DNA of 64,000 nucleotides from a bacterium (GTDB lineage Bacteria; UBA8248): NCBI GenBank assembly GCA_965213625.1, contig CBDBZU010000004.1, positions 3,392,001 to 3,456,000 of the forward strand, read 5' to 3'. Shown piece by piece: positions 40,344 to 49,101 of this stretch (position 1 is its first letter; each line of letters starts with the position of its first letter). The notes under the pieces were generated by a model. It saw only the letters and a program-made list of their open reading frames with translations, ran no database searches and was not told where the DNA came from. The position numbers and the translations under genes were made by a program.

Positions 40344-40403
40344 AACGGGAGGATGATTGCATATTGAAACGGGGGCGTAAAGACTGACAAATTAGCAGCG
40401 CTG

Positions 40404-40604
40404 CTAATTTGAATCGTTATCTTCCTCTAGCGCGGACTCAGAGAAAATTCCAATCTTGATACCTAGACTGTAATCTCCCTTCGCCGCCAAATCAAAAGCT
40501 TTATTCTGTAGTTCTACTCCCTTGATCTGCTCAGGCGTCAATCCTTGGTTTTGCATGAATGGCCCTGGATCATTAAATCTGTTTAATTTCCTCTTTCTGG
40601 GCAT
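40404..40604 (-). CDS. 66-aa variable protein (putative immunity), type B/acidic
   Basis: AAGGAG RBS; shared family motif NR.N.PGPFMQ…LT.EQI…GD..LG…GIF. Confidence 0.8.
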   Translation of the reverse strand: MPRKRKLNRFNDPGPFMQNQGLTPEQIKGVELQNKAFDLAAKGDYSLGIKIGIFSESALEEDNDSN

Positions 40605-40884
40605 ATAACTCTCCTTGAATTTTATTATTCAACCACCTCAAGTATAACACGTTCCGCAAATCCATAAGTACTTTCTTGGCGGCCCATGATTGCTCATACA
40701 GAATTTCAAGGGGATTGCGCCAATATATATGCGTAGGTTTGAAGAAAGTATTTCTTGCTTTATCCGCAGGACCGCCAAGACCGGACATGGCGTTTGAGAG
40801 GCCACCCATAGGGCGTGCGCCTCCCGTTCCCGTGCCGATGCCCTTGTAGGCTCGCTGTATATATTCCTTCATCCGGTCAAACAT
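40573..40884 (-). pseudogene. phage portal N-terminal fragment, short copy 3 (portal to WAAKK, then joined to a toxin stub)
   Basis: First about 71 aa nearly identical to the other copies, then junction to STYGFAERVILEVVE* in another frame. Confidence 0.75.
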
Positions 40885-40944
40885 AGCGGGAGGATGATTG
40901 CATATTGAAACGGGGGCGTAAAGATGGGCAAATTAGCAGCGCTG

Positions 40945-41145
40945 CTAATTTGTTTTTTTGTTTCTCTTCAATGCTGACTTAGGAAAAATACCAACCTCTA
41001 CCCCCAAGGTATAATCTCCTTCGTACGCCAACTTCGTGGCTTTCATCATAAGATCAGATTTCCTTATCTGTTCTGGCGTAAGGTCCTCGTCTTGCATGAA
41101 TGGACCTGGCGTATTCCATCGGTTATACACTTCTTCTTTAGCCAT
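40945..41145 (-). CDS. 66-aa variable protein (putative immunity), type A/basic
   Basis: AGGAG RBS; family motif. Confidence 0.8.
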   Translation of the reverse strand: MAKEEVYNRWNTPGPFMQDEDLTPEQIRKSDLMMKATKLAYEGDYTLGVEVGIFPKSALKRNKKTN

Positions 41146-41154
41146 AATATTCTC

Positions 41155-41265
41155 CTAATGAACTACTTCTATTATAACACGTTCTGAGAAACCATACTCA
41201 TAAATTTTATCTTTTGGAACTTTATCAATTTTCAAAACTCGGTATCTGGTTTCAGGACTTAATAA
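41155..41265 (-). pseudogene. 3' stub of a putative ADP-ribosyltransferase gene
   Basis: LLSPETRYRVLKIDKVPKDKIYEYGFSERVIIEVVH*. Confidence 0.5.
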
Positions 41266-41527
41266 AGATAACTTCATGTTTCTGTTTCGCAACTGAATTA
41301 CAGCCGGAATCATTCCACACCTCGTCGACCCCGCAATGGAGCGAATACGTCTCGAAACCGCCGGCGGAGAAAGGTTTTATACCGTCGAATCTCAATACCC
41401 GGCTTTCATGAATTGCAAACGGGCGGTATCCCCGACGTGGTGTTATCCAGTACATCGAGGGACGCTGAAAGTTAGGGGAAAAAACATCGCCTTCGTAATC
41501 GATTACGCTGATATCAAATCTGTCGTA

Positions 41528-41992
41528 TCACTGAAGTGATTTAAGGTCGCCTGGTTTGATGCGTTCAACATCAAGCGGCTCGGTAAGCGGTGCCTCGGTA
41601 GACATCATGAGCAGGCATCCCGTCCCGTATGCCGACGCCTGCTTCATAGTCATCCTAAGCGCTTCCGAAACGTTGTGCTTATTCTCCGCATCTTCCATCT
41701 TCTCGGCAGAGCCGGAATCCTCTTCATCCGACCAGACACGCCATTTCAGGAATGCGTCATCAACCAGAATATCGATTGCTTTCTTTGCGGCCCATGACTG
41801 GACGTACAGAATCTCGAGGGGATTGCGCCAATATATATGCGTAGGTTTGAAGAAAGTATTTCTTGCTTTATCCGCAGGGCCGCTAAGACCGGACATGGCG
41901 TTTGAGAGGCCACCCATAGGGCGTCCGCCTCCCGTTCCCGTAACGATTCCCTTATAGGCTCGCTGTATGTATTCCTTCATCCGCTCAAACAT
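41528..41992 (-). pseudogene. phage portal N-terminal fragment, copy 2
   Basis: As copy 4; frame continues after the TGA as YDRFDISV…IHESRVLRFDG to about 41345. Confidence 0.75.
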
Positions 41993-42052
41993 AGCGGGGG
42001 GATGATTGCATATTGAAACGGGGGCGTAAAGACTGGCAAATCGGCATAACTG

Positions 42053-42253
42053 CTAATTTGATTTTTTGTTTTTCTTCAATGCTGACTTAGGAAAAATACC
42101 AAGCTCTACACCAAGAGTTTTATCTCCATTGCGGGCTTCTTTGAATGCCCTGTTTTGTAGCTCTACTCTTTTGATCTGCTCTGGCGTCAAGTCACTTCTT
42201 TGCATGAACGGACCCGGATCGTTAAATCTGTTTATTTGTCTCTTCTTGGCCAT
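42053..42253 (-). CDS. 66-aa variable protein (putative immunity), type B/basic
   Basis: AAGGA RBS; family motif. Confidence 0.8.
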   Translation of the reverse strand: MAKKRQINRFNDPGPFMQRSDLTPEQIKRVELQNRAFKEARNGDKTLGVELGIFPKSALKKNKKSN

Positions 42254-42279
42254 ATAGCTTTCCTTTTATAGTTAATCAA

Positions 42280-42531
42280 CTACCTCAAGTATAACACGTT
42301 CCGCGAACCCATAAGTACTTTCTTGGCGGCCCATGATTGCTCATACAGAATTTCAAGGGGATTGCGCCAGTAGATATGTGTAGGAGTGAAGAAGGTATTC
42401 CGTGCTTTGCCCGCAGGTCCGCCAAGGCCGGACATGGCGTTTGAGAGGCCACCCATAGGGCGTGCGCCTCCCGTTCCCGTGCCGATGCCCTTGTAGGCTC
42501 GCTGTATGTATTCCTTCATCCGGTCAAACAT
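42280..42531 (-). pseudogene. phage portal N-terminal fragment, short copy 1
   Basis: Portal to WAAKK, then the same junction to STYGFAERVILEVVD*. Confidence 0.75.
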
Positions 42532-42591
42532 AGCGGGAGGATGATTGGATATTGAAACGGGGGCGTAAAGACTGGCAAATCGGCAGAACTG

Positions 42592-42795
42592 CTAATTTGA
42601 GGTCTTGTTTTCTTCTTCCGCGTCTGATTTTGGGAAAATACCTATCTCTTCCCCGAGACTATAATCTCCCTCGTCCGCTAACTCGAAGGCTTTCACCATC
42701 AGATCGGATTTTTCTATTTGTTCTTTCGTAAGGTCCTGATCTTGCATGAATGGGCCTGGCGTATTCCATCGGTTATACACATCTTCTTTAGCCAT
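42592..42795 (-). CDS. 67-aa variable protein (putative immunity), type A/acidic
   Basis: AGGAG RBS; family motif. Confidence 0.8.
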   Translation of the reverse strand: MAKEDVYNRWNTPGPFMQDQDLTKEQIEKSDLMVKAFELADEGDYSLGEEIGIFPKSDAEEENKTSN

Positions 42796-42804
42796 AATAT
42801 TCTC

Positions 42805-42915
42805 CTAATCAACTATCTCTAGTATAACACGTTCAGAGAAGCGATAGTCATCAATTTTGTCCTTTGGAACTTTATCAATTTTCAAAACACGGTATTTGGT
42901 TTCAGGACTTAATAA
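42805..42915 (-). pseudogene. 3' stub of a putative ADP-ribosyltransferase gene
   Basis: LLSPETKYRVLKIDKVPKDKIDDYRFSERVILEIVD*. Confidence 0.5.
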
Positions 42916-43116
42916 AGATAACTTCATGTTTCTGTTTCGCAACTGAATTACAGCCGGATTCATTCCACACCTCGACCCCGCAATGGAGCGATTGCTTACA
43001 TCTCTCTCCCGAAATTCCCGGTATCCAGCTTCCGTATTCCTGTCTCACCGGCGGATTGGGGAACACGTTGCGGAAAGCTTTTGATTGAGGCCGAAGTTTG
43101 TCGAATACGTCCCGTA

Positions 43117-45120
43117 TCATTCACCTTGTACCTGTGCGGAAAAACCACCCGCCTCCCCGATGACGTCCCTCTCGGGAACTCCGGCATCTCCGTCTGTGAA
43201 GGCTTCGTCGATAGCGGCGAGGAACGGTTCCGCGAAGGCTTCGAGCTTGGCTGCGCCGACTCCGCCTATTTCCGAGAACTCCGCCTCGGTGCGCGGACGC
43301 AGGCGCGCCATCTCAATCAGCGAGCGGTCGTGAAACACGACGTAGGCGGGCACCTTGCGCTCTTTTGCGATTTCGAGCCTGAGCGCCTTGAGGACGCCCA
43401 GAAGCGCGGTTTCGCGTTCACTCAGTTGTTGCTCCGCCGGCCCGTCGCCGCGGTCCCTGGTCTTGGCGGCCCGCGGCGCCACCGTGTCTTTTCGGTAGAT
43501 GAACTCGCCCTCACCGCCTTGCAGCATGCGGCCCTTCTCCGTGATCCCGATCCCCCCGTAGCCCCCGATGTCCAGCCAGAGGAATCCCGCCGCGATCATC
43601 TGGCGGATCAGGGAGCGCCACTCGTTTGCGCTCCGCTCCGCGCCCGCTCCAAAGGCGGGCAGGGAATCGTGCCCGAAACGCTCGACCTTCTCCGACTTCT
43701 TCCCGCGCAGGACGTCGATCAGGTGCGCCGCGCCGAACCGCTCTCCCGAGCGCGAGACCGTCGAGAGAACCTCGAGCGCCTCATCCGTGCCATCGACCCG
43801 CTCGGGCGGCGAGAGGCAGACGTCGCAGTTGCCGCAGGGTCCGATCCCCTCGCCGAAGTAATCGAGCAGCGTCACCCGCCTGCAGGCCGGCGCCTCGCAG
43901 TAGCCGAGAAGCGCGTCGAGCCGCTTGTGCTCCCGCAGCCTTCGCTCCGGGCCCGCGTCTTCTTCCTCGATGAACTGGCGCCGCATCCGGATGTCGGCCA
44001 GCCCGTAGAGCATGTGGGCCTCGGCGGGGCGGCCGTCGCGCCCGGCGCGGCCGATCTCCTGGTAATAGGCTTCCATGCTCCCCGGAAGGTCGGTGTGGAA
44101 GACGTAGCGCACGTCCGCCTTGTCGATACCCATCCCGAACGCGATGGTCGCCACGATGACGACGCCGGGCTCGGTCATGAAGACGTTCTGGTGGTGTTCG
44201 CGAACCGCGGGCTCCATGCCCGCGTGATAGGGAAGCGCGCGGACCCCCTCCGCCGCCAGCATGGCGGCGGCCTCTTCCGTCTTCTTTCTCGAGAGACAGT
44301 AGACGATGCCGCTCCGGTCCTCTCGGCGCGCGACGAAGTCCCCGAGCTGCCGCTTCCAGTTCTGCTTCATCTCGACCGCGAGGGAGATGTTGGGACGGTC
44401 GAAGCCGAGCACGAACTGCCGGACCCGGCCGCCGAAGAGGCGCTCGACGACGTCTTCCCGCGTCACCGCATCGGCGGTCGCCGTAAGCGCTACGAGCGGT
44501 ATCCCGGGAAAGAGGTCAGGCAACCGGCAGAGGTCCGCGTATTCCGGACGGAAGGCCGGCCCCCACTGCGAGATGCAGTGGGCCTCGTCGACGGCGAACA
44601 GCTTGACGGGCAAGCGCTCGAGCGCCTCGAGCATGCGCCCGGTCATCAGCCGCTCGGGCGACATGTAGAGGAGACGGACCCGGCCCTCGGCCACGCGCCG
44701 CCAGGCGGCGACGTTCTCCGCCCGGCGGTTGCCGGAATGGATGCCCTCCGCCGCGACGCCCGCGAGCCCGAGCGCCGCCACCTGATCCCGCATCAGCGCC
44801 ACCAATGGCGAGACGACCACCGTCAGTCCGCCCGTGACGAGCGCAGGGATCTGGAAGCAAAGCGACTTGCCCGATCCCGTCGGCATCACGGCGAGCGCGC
44901 TGTGTCCTTCGAGCAGCGTCCCGATCACGGCCTCCTGGCCCGGTCGGAACCCGCTGAAACCGAACGTATCGGCAAGGACCCCACGCGCGACGGCCATCGG
45001 CCCGCTCACCGGGGGATCGCCAAAGGGATTCGTGTCGGCTCTCAGGATGCCGGCCGAACCCTGCGGGTGATTTTCAGAGGAGGAACAAGGAAAATTCGAA
45101 AACGGTTCGCTCGGGTCCAA
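43117..45120 (-). CDS. recQ: ATP-dependent DNA helicase RecQ (true start may be near 44997)
   Basis: MPTGSGKSLCFQIP, VDEAHCISQWG, YQEIGRAGRDG, Zn-binding CGNCDVC, RQC and HRDC (PAYVVFHD) domains. Confidence 0.95.
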   Translation of the reverse strand: MDPSEPFSNFPCSSSENHPQGSAGILRADTNPFGDPPVSGPMAVARGVLADTFGFSGFRPGQEAVIGTLLEGHSALAVMPTGSGKSLCFQIPALVTGGLTVVVSPLVALMRDQVAALGLAGVAAEGIHSGNRRAENVAAWRRVAEGRVRLLYMSPERLMTGRMLEALERLPVKLFAVDEAHCISQWGPAFRPEYADLCRLPDLFPGIPLVALTATADAVTREDVVERLFGGRVRQFVLGFDRPNISLAVEMKQNWKRQLGDFVARREDRSGIVYCLSRKKTEEAAAMLAAEGVRALPYHAGMEPAVREHHQNVFMTEPGVVIVATIAFGMGIDKADVRYVFHTDLPGSMEAYYQEIGRAGRDGRPAEAHMLYGLADIRMRRQFIEEEDAGPERRLREHKRLDALLGYCEAPACRRVTLLDYFGEGIGPCGNCDVCLSPPERVDGTDEALEVLSTVSRSGERFGAAHLIDVLRGKKSEKVERFGHDSLPAFGAGAERSANEWRSLIRQMIAAGFLWLDIGGYGGIGITEKGRMLQGGEGEFIYRKDTVAPRAAKTRDRGDGPAEQQLSERETALLGVLKALRLEIAKERKVPAYVVFHDRSLIEMARLRPRTEAEFSEIGGVGAAKLEAFAEPFLAAIDEAFTDGDAGVPERDVIGEAGGFSAQVQGE

Positions 45121-45217
45121 TTCGTTCGTCTCTACAGGCGGTTCGCGTTCATTCGGGCGGGCGGGATGAATATACGGCTTCGCCGGAGACAGGGCAAAGG
45201 CGAATGCGGACGCCTCC

Positions 45218-45331
45218 CCTCACACTCTGCGCACGACCCAGAGCGCCTTGCCGAGGAAGTGAACGTCATCGGCCAGGCGCGTATAGGGCGGATAATCGGG
45301 GTTTTCCGATACGAGGCGGAGGCGGCGTGGA
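45218..45331 (-). repeat. 114-bp direct copy of the 3' end of the S24 repressor gene (52210-52323)
   Basis: Identical sequence CCTCACACTCTGCGCACG…GGCGGCGTGGA. Confidence 0.9.
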
Positions 45332-45334
45332 CCA

Positions 45335-45860
45335 TCGCCTTCGCCTCGAGGGCGACGCGCTCCATGGCTCCTCGTCATCCTCATCCAGCGGCAGTCGCAG
45401 ACCGACGACTCGGCCCCCCTCGCCGGCCGCGTCCACGATTGCCTTGGCTTCCGCAGGTGTCAGGCGGCGGAGCGAGGAGAGAAACGCCCATTGGTCCTGA
45501 TATGGCGCAAAATCCTCGCCCAGGAACACGCTGTTGCCGCGCTTACGCGGACCGCCCTGTAAGGGCAGCGCGATGAGGTTCCCGAAACCGCCCTCGGGCA
45601 GGGTGTCCTGGCTTGGAAAAAGCCGGTCGTAGGACGAAAACCCGATATCAGGGTTGTTCTTCATCGCTTCGGTCAGGAGATGGGAGCCGAGCCGGCGGGC
45701 TAGCGGCGCGGGAACGGGTTCGGTGAAGAGTATCCAGACATGCCCGGCGTTTCCCGAACGCGATCGCTCAAGCGCCGCAGGAACCCCCTTCGAGCAACAG
45801 GCGGCCAGGAACGCGCCCGCATCTCTTTTCCAGGTCGCCTTGTCGAAATCGACGGTGAGA
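45335..45860 (-). pseudogene. internal fragment of a TOTE-type primase / DEAD-box helicase gene
   Basis: VDFDKATW…LERSRSGNAGHVWI…SYDRLFPSQD.LP.GGFGNLIALPLQ…DQWAFL; truncated at both ends. Confidence 0.7.
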
Positions 45861-45906
45861 TGCTTTTCCTTTACGGAATACGTATCAGGAGTTATGGTTG
45901 GTGGGT

Positions 45907-46097
45907 ATGATACGAAGTTTCAAGGATCGACGGACTCGGCGTTTTTTCGAGAGGCGGCGTATCGCGGCGTTCGAGAGTTTTTGATCAGGCGGAGCGGCGA
46001 TTGAAATTGCTGGACAACGTGGAGACGCTTCTCGACCTCGCCGCGTTGCCGGGGAATCGCCTTGGAACACTTCGTGGAAATCGTTGATTATCACTGA
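45907..46097 (+). pseudogene. higB: HigB toxin remnant
   Basis: MIRSFKDRRT…/…DLAALPGNRL..LRG…DYH* with a frameshift and internal deletion. Confidence 0.75.
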
Positions 46098-46108
46098 GGG
46101 AGTTCGAC

Positions 46109-46441
46109 ATGAACGCAAAGAACGGTATGAGGCCGATGCAGCCCGGAGAAATCCTGCGCGATGAACTCGACGAGCTCGGCCTGTCGGCCAATGCGCTCTC
46201 GAGGGCGCTGGGCGTGCCGGTGAACCGGGTGACGATGATCCTGAACGGCCAGCGGGGCGTGAGCGCGGATACGGCGTTGCGTCTGGCGCGGTATTTCGGG
46301 ACGACTCCGCAGCTGTGGCTGAATCTGCAAAAGACATGGGAACTCCGCCGGGCGGAGATAGCGGTGGGAGGCGAGATCGTGAAGCGCGTAACGCCCCGGC
46401 AACCGACGGCACGAGGAGCACTGGCCGATGCCCGTTCCTGA
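46109..46441 (+). CDS. higA: HigA family antitoxin
   Basis: PGEILRDEL..LGLSANAL, ADTALRLARYFGTTPQLWLNLQ. Confidence 0.92.
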   Translation: MNAKNGMRPMQPGEILRDELDELGLSANALSRALGVPVNRVTMILNGQRGVSADTALRLARYFGTTPQLWLNLQKTWELRRAEIAVGGEIVKRVTPRQPTARGALADARS

Positions 46442-47369
46442 TTTTCAGTCGCTCATGCTCCCGACCCTCAAGGCGCTTGTCTCCGGTGCGGAATTGCCGC
46501 TCACGGTAGTCCGCGAGTGTGTTGCCGTTGCCGAGGGACTCTCTGATGAAGATTTACGGGAAGTGCTTCCGAGCGGTCGGCAGAAAGTGTTCGTGAACCG
46601 CGTGAGTTGGGCCATGCTAGGCATGGAGCGAGCCGGTCTGGTGGAAAGAGTCCGCCGCGCCGTCTATCGGATTACGCCTGAAGGCCGACGGCTACTGTCT
46701 CGAAACGTTGTTCGGATCGACCTGAAATTGCTCCGCGAATTTCCGGCCTACGTCGAGTACTATGTTGAAAGGCGGAGTCGGAGGCGTCGGCAATCGCCAC
46801 ATGTCGAACTCACAGAGCCGCAAGAGAACGAATCCGGGGAGACGCCCGAGGAAATACTCGAACATGCTGCCGGGGAACTTCGCACCGCTCTGGAAGTTGA
46901 GGTTCTGGCCCGGGTTCGCGCAGCCGCACCGGCGTTTCTTGAGCGTGTAGTCGTTGACTTGCTGATCGCGATGGGTTACGGCGGCGGTGACGCCGCGAAT
47001 GGTCGTGTGACCGGACGCTCAGGCGACAGCGGAATCGACGGCAAGATCCGGGAGGACACGCTCGGGCTGGATGAAGTCTACTTGCAGGCGAAGAAATACG
47101 CCGACGGAAACACCGTGGGAGAAGGCGATTTGCGCAACTTCGCCGGCGCAATCGACGCGGCGGGCACGACCAAGGGTGTGTTCGTCACCACCTCCGGATT
47201 CACGCAAGCCGCGAAAAATTATGTGGCTCTTAGCCCGAAGCGGATTGTTCTGATTGACGGTGAGGAGTTGGCGCGACTCATGGTCCGGCACGGGATCGGC
47301 GTGCGTACGCGTATCACTTTCGAGTTAAAGCGGATTGACGAAGACTATTTCGAGTCGGAAGAGTTGTAG
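46428..47369 (+). CDS. mrr: Mrr type IV restriction endonuclease
   Basis: MPVPDFQSLMLP Mrr_N domain, GDSGIDG, QAKKY, LIDGEEL. Confidence 0.95.
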   Translation: MPVPDFQSLMLPTLKALVSGAELPLTVVRECVAVAEGLSDEDLREVLPSGRQKVFVNRVSWAMLGMERAGLVERVRRAVYRITPEGRRLLSRNVVRIDLKLLREFPAYVEYYVERRSRRRRQSPHVELTEPQENESGETPEEILEHAAGELRTALEVEVLARVRAAAPAFLERVVVDLLIAMGYGGGDAANGRVTGRSGDSGIDGKIREDTLGLDEVYLQAKKYADGNTVGEGDLRNFAGAIDAAGTTKGVFVTTSGFTQAAKNYVALSPKRIVLIDGEELARLMVRHGIGVRTRITFELKRIDEDYFESEEL

Positions 47370-47372
47370 GAC

Positions 47373-48790
47373 ATGCGCCTTTCCTGGAACGAGATTCGTG
47401 AACGCGCCGCCGTCTTTGCCAAGGAGTGGAAAGACGCAGATGATGAAAAAAAGGAACACAGAGTTTCTGCGACGAGTTCTTCTGGGTTTTCGGCGTCCGG
47501 CGTCGCTCGTTGGCGAGCTACAAAAAACACGCCAAGAAGCTGAACGACCGCTGGGACTTAATCGATCTTTTCTGGCCCGGCGTCCTCATCGTTGAGCAGA
47601 AACGCGCGGGGATCAATCTCGGAAAAAGCCTGTGTACAAGCTGGAGAATACGAGAATACTTCGACGAACTGCTTGAACGAGATCGCCCATGTTTCGTTAT
47701 GGTGAGTGACTTCAAAACCTTCGAGCTTCACGCTCCTGATGAGAGGACAGTTGTGAAGTTCGCGCTAGCGGAATTGCCCGCGCATGTGGAGCCGTTCGGT
47801 TTCATTCGTGGCTTATAGCGCCTGACCTTCCGTGATCACCGCCGAGCTCCTCGCACGGCTGCACTACGCGCTTGTGGAAGCGGGTACAAGGGACACGATT
47901 AGGAGCGCTTTCTCGTGCGCGTCGAGTTTTGCAAGTTCGCCGACGATACCGGGTTGTTTGAACCGCGCGACTTTTCCTCGATTTCATTGAGACGCGGGCC
48001 AGCGAAGACGGCTCCGGTCTCGGCCCATGGCTGGCGTAACTGTTCGAAGTGCTCGAGACTCCGGAGAATGAGTGCGCTGTGATTCTTGACGAGGACTTCG
48101 CCCAGTTCCCCTACGTCAACGGTGCTCTGTTCAAGGGGCATCTTAGGACGTTCTCGTTCGACACGGTGATGCGCAGGGCACTGCTGGACGCATGTCGGTT
48201 CGACTGGTCGAAACTTTCGCCCGTAATCTTCAGTGCGTTGTTCCAGTCGGTGATGGGCCCTGCGGAGCGCCGCCCCCAGGGCGCGCACTACACGACCGAG
48301 AAAACATCCTCAAAATGATCGAGCTACTGTTTATGAACGCCTTGCGGGTTCGAGAGAATGCGAGGGCGGCGAGGCCGGGGCCGCCTCGCGGCGCTCTGAC
48401 AGTTTTCAAGCGAAGCTCGGCGGCCTGACGTTTTTCGACCTGGCTTGCAGTTGCGGAAACTTTCTCATCATCGCCTAACGGGAATTGCGGATGCTCGAAA
48501 TCGAGGTCATCCGGGACATACGGGACTCCACCGCCTCGACGGCGTAAAACTGTCCTTGATACTGCTTGGAAGTCGGTAGTGGACGTGGACCAGCTCTACG
48601 GAATCGAGCTTGGCGAATTCCCCGCCAGGATCGCAAAGACAACACCTTGGATGATGGGTCACATCATGTGCAATCGGATGAGCCTGGAGTTCGGGCGGAG
48701 CTACGCGCGTATTCCGCTGGCGAAGTCGCCCCATGTCGTCCACGAGGACGCGCTGACAACGCACTGGTCTGAATTGCTACCGCCTCTTTG
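47373..48790 (+). pseudogene. MmeI/YeeA-like DNA methyltransferase-endonuclease, multiply frameshifted and truncated
   Basis: MRLSWNEIR.RA..FA.EW, IDLFWPG, FPYVNGALF, GAHYT, DLACSCGNF, QLYGIE fragments. Confidence 0.85.
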
Positions 48791-49050
48791 CCCTTCAGGT
48801 CCATGAAGAACCACGGTGCGACCAGGAATACGCCCGAAGCGCCGAGGATGAGGTTCTTGTTCGTCTTGTTCGTTCGTTCGGTCGTCTTTTTGGCGATTTC
48901 ATTCTTGTTGGCCTTGAGTTCCGCCTTGAGCGAGGCGCAGTCGCGCTTCTCATCGGCAGGCGTGTAGCGCGCCACCGGATTCGGTCCCGAACCAGCGCAC
49001 CCGGATAAGAAAAACATGAACGCCGTTGCCGCGCAGATCCGCTTCTTCAT
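48664..49050 (-). CDS. putative lipoprotein (C-terminus runs into the MTase remnant)
   Basis: Lipobox LSGC; PWFFMDLK. Confidence 0.6.
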   Translation of the reverse strand: MKKRICAATAFMFFLSGCAGSGPNPVARYTPADEKRDCASLKAELKANKNEIAKKTTERTNKTNKNLILGASGVFLVAPWFFMDLKGKEAVAIQTSALSARPRGRHGATSPAEYARSSARTPGSSDCT

Positions 49051-49101
49051 GAGACGCACCTCGTAGATGAACCCGAATGATTTTCCGTGAACGGCGCGGA
49101 C

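Larger units (their letters stand above)
39790..42990 (-). repeat. tandem four-unit array (2 x about 1.65 kb) of toxin-stub / small ORF / portal-stub cassettes
   Basis: Homologous start codons offset by 1647-1650 nt; visibly AT-rich relative to the flanks. Confidence 0.9.

Noticed and set aside
39790-42990. CRISPR array or diversity-generating retroelement as the explanation of the repeats
   Set aside because: The units are hundreds of bp of coding DNA, there is no cas or RT gene in the window, and differences are not limited to adenines
39790-42990. Intact prophage
   Set aside because: No terminase, capsid, tail or lysis genes, and all portal copies are truncated
43081-45576. Long antisense ORFs (831 aa here; also 28560-30575, 5443-6792 and 61748-63181)
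   Set aside because: Shadow frames of high-GC genes with no recognisable motifs
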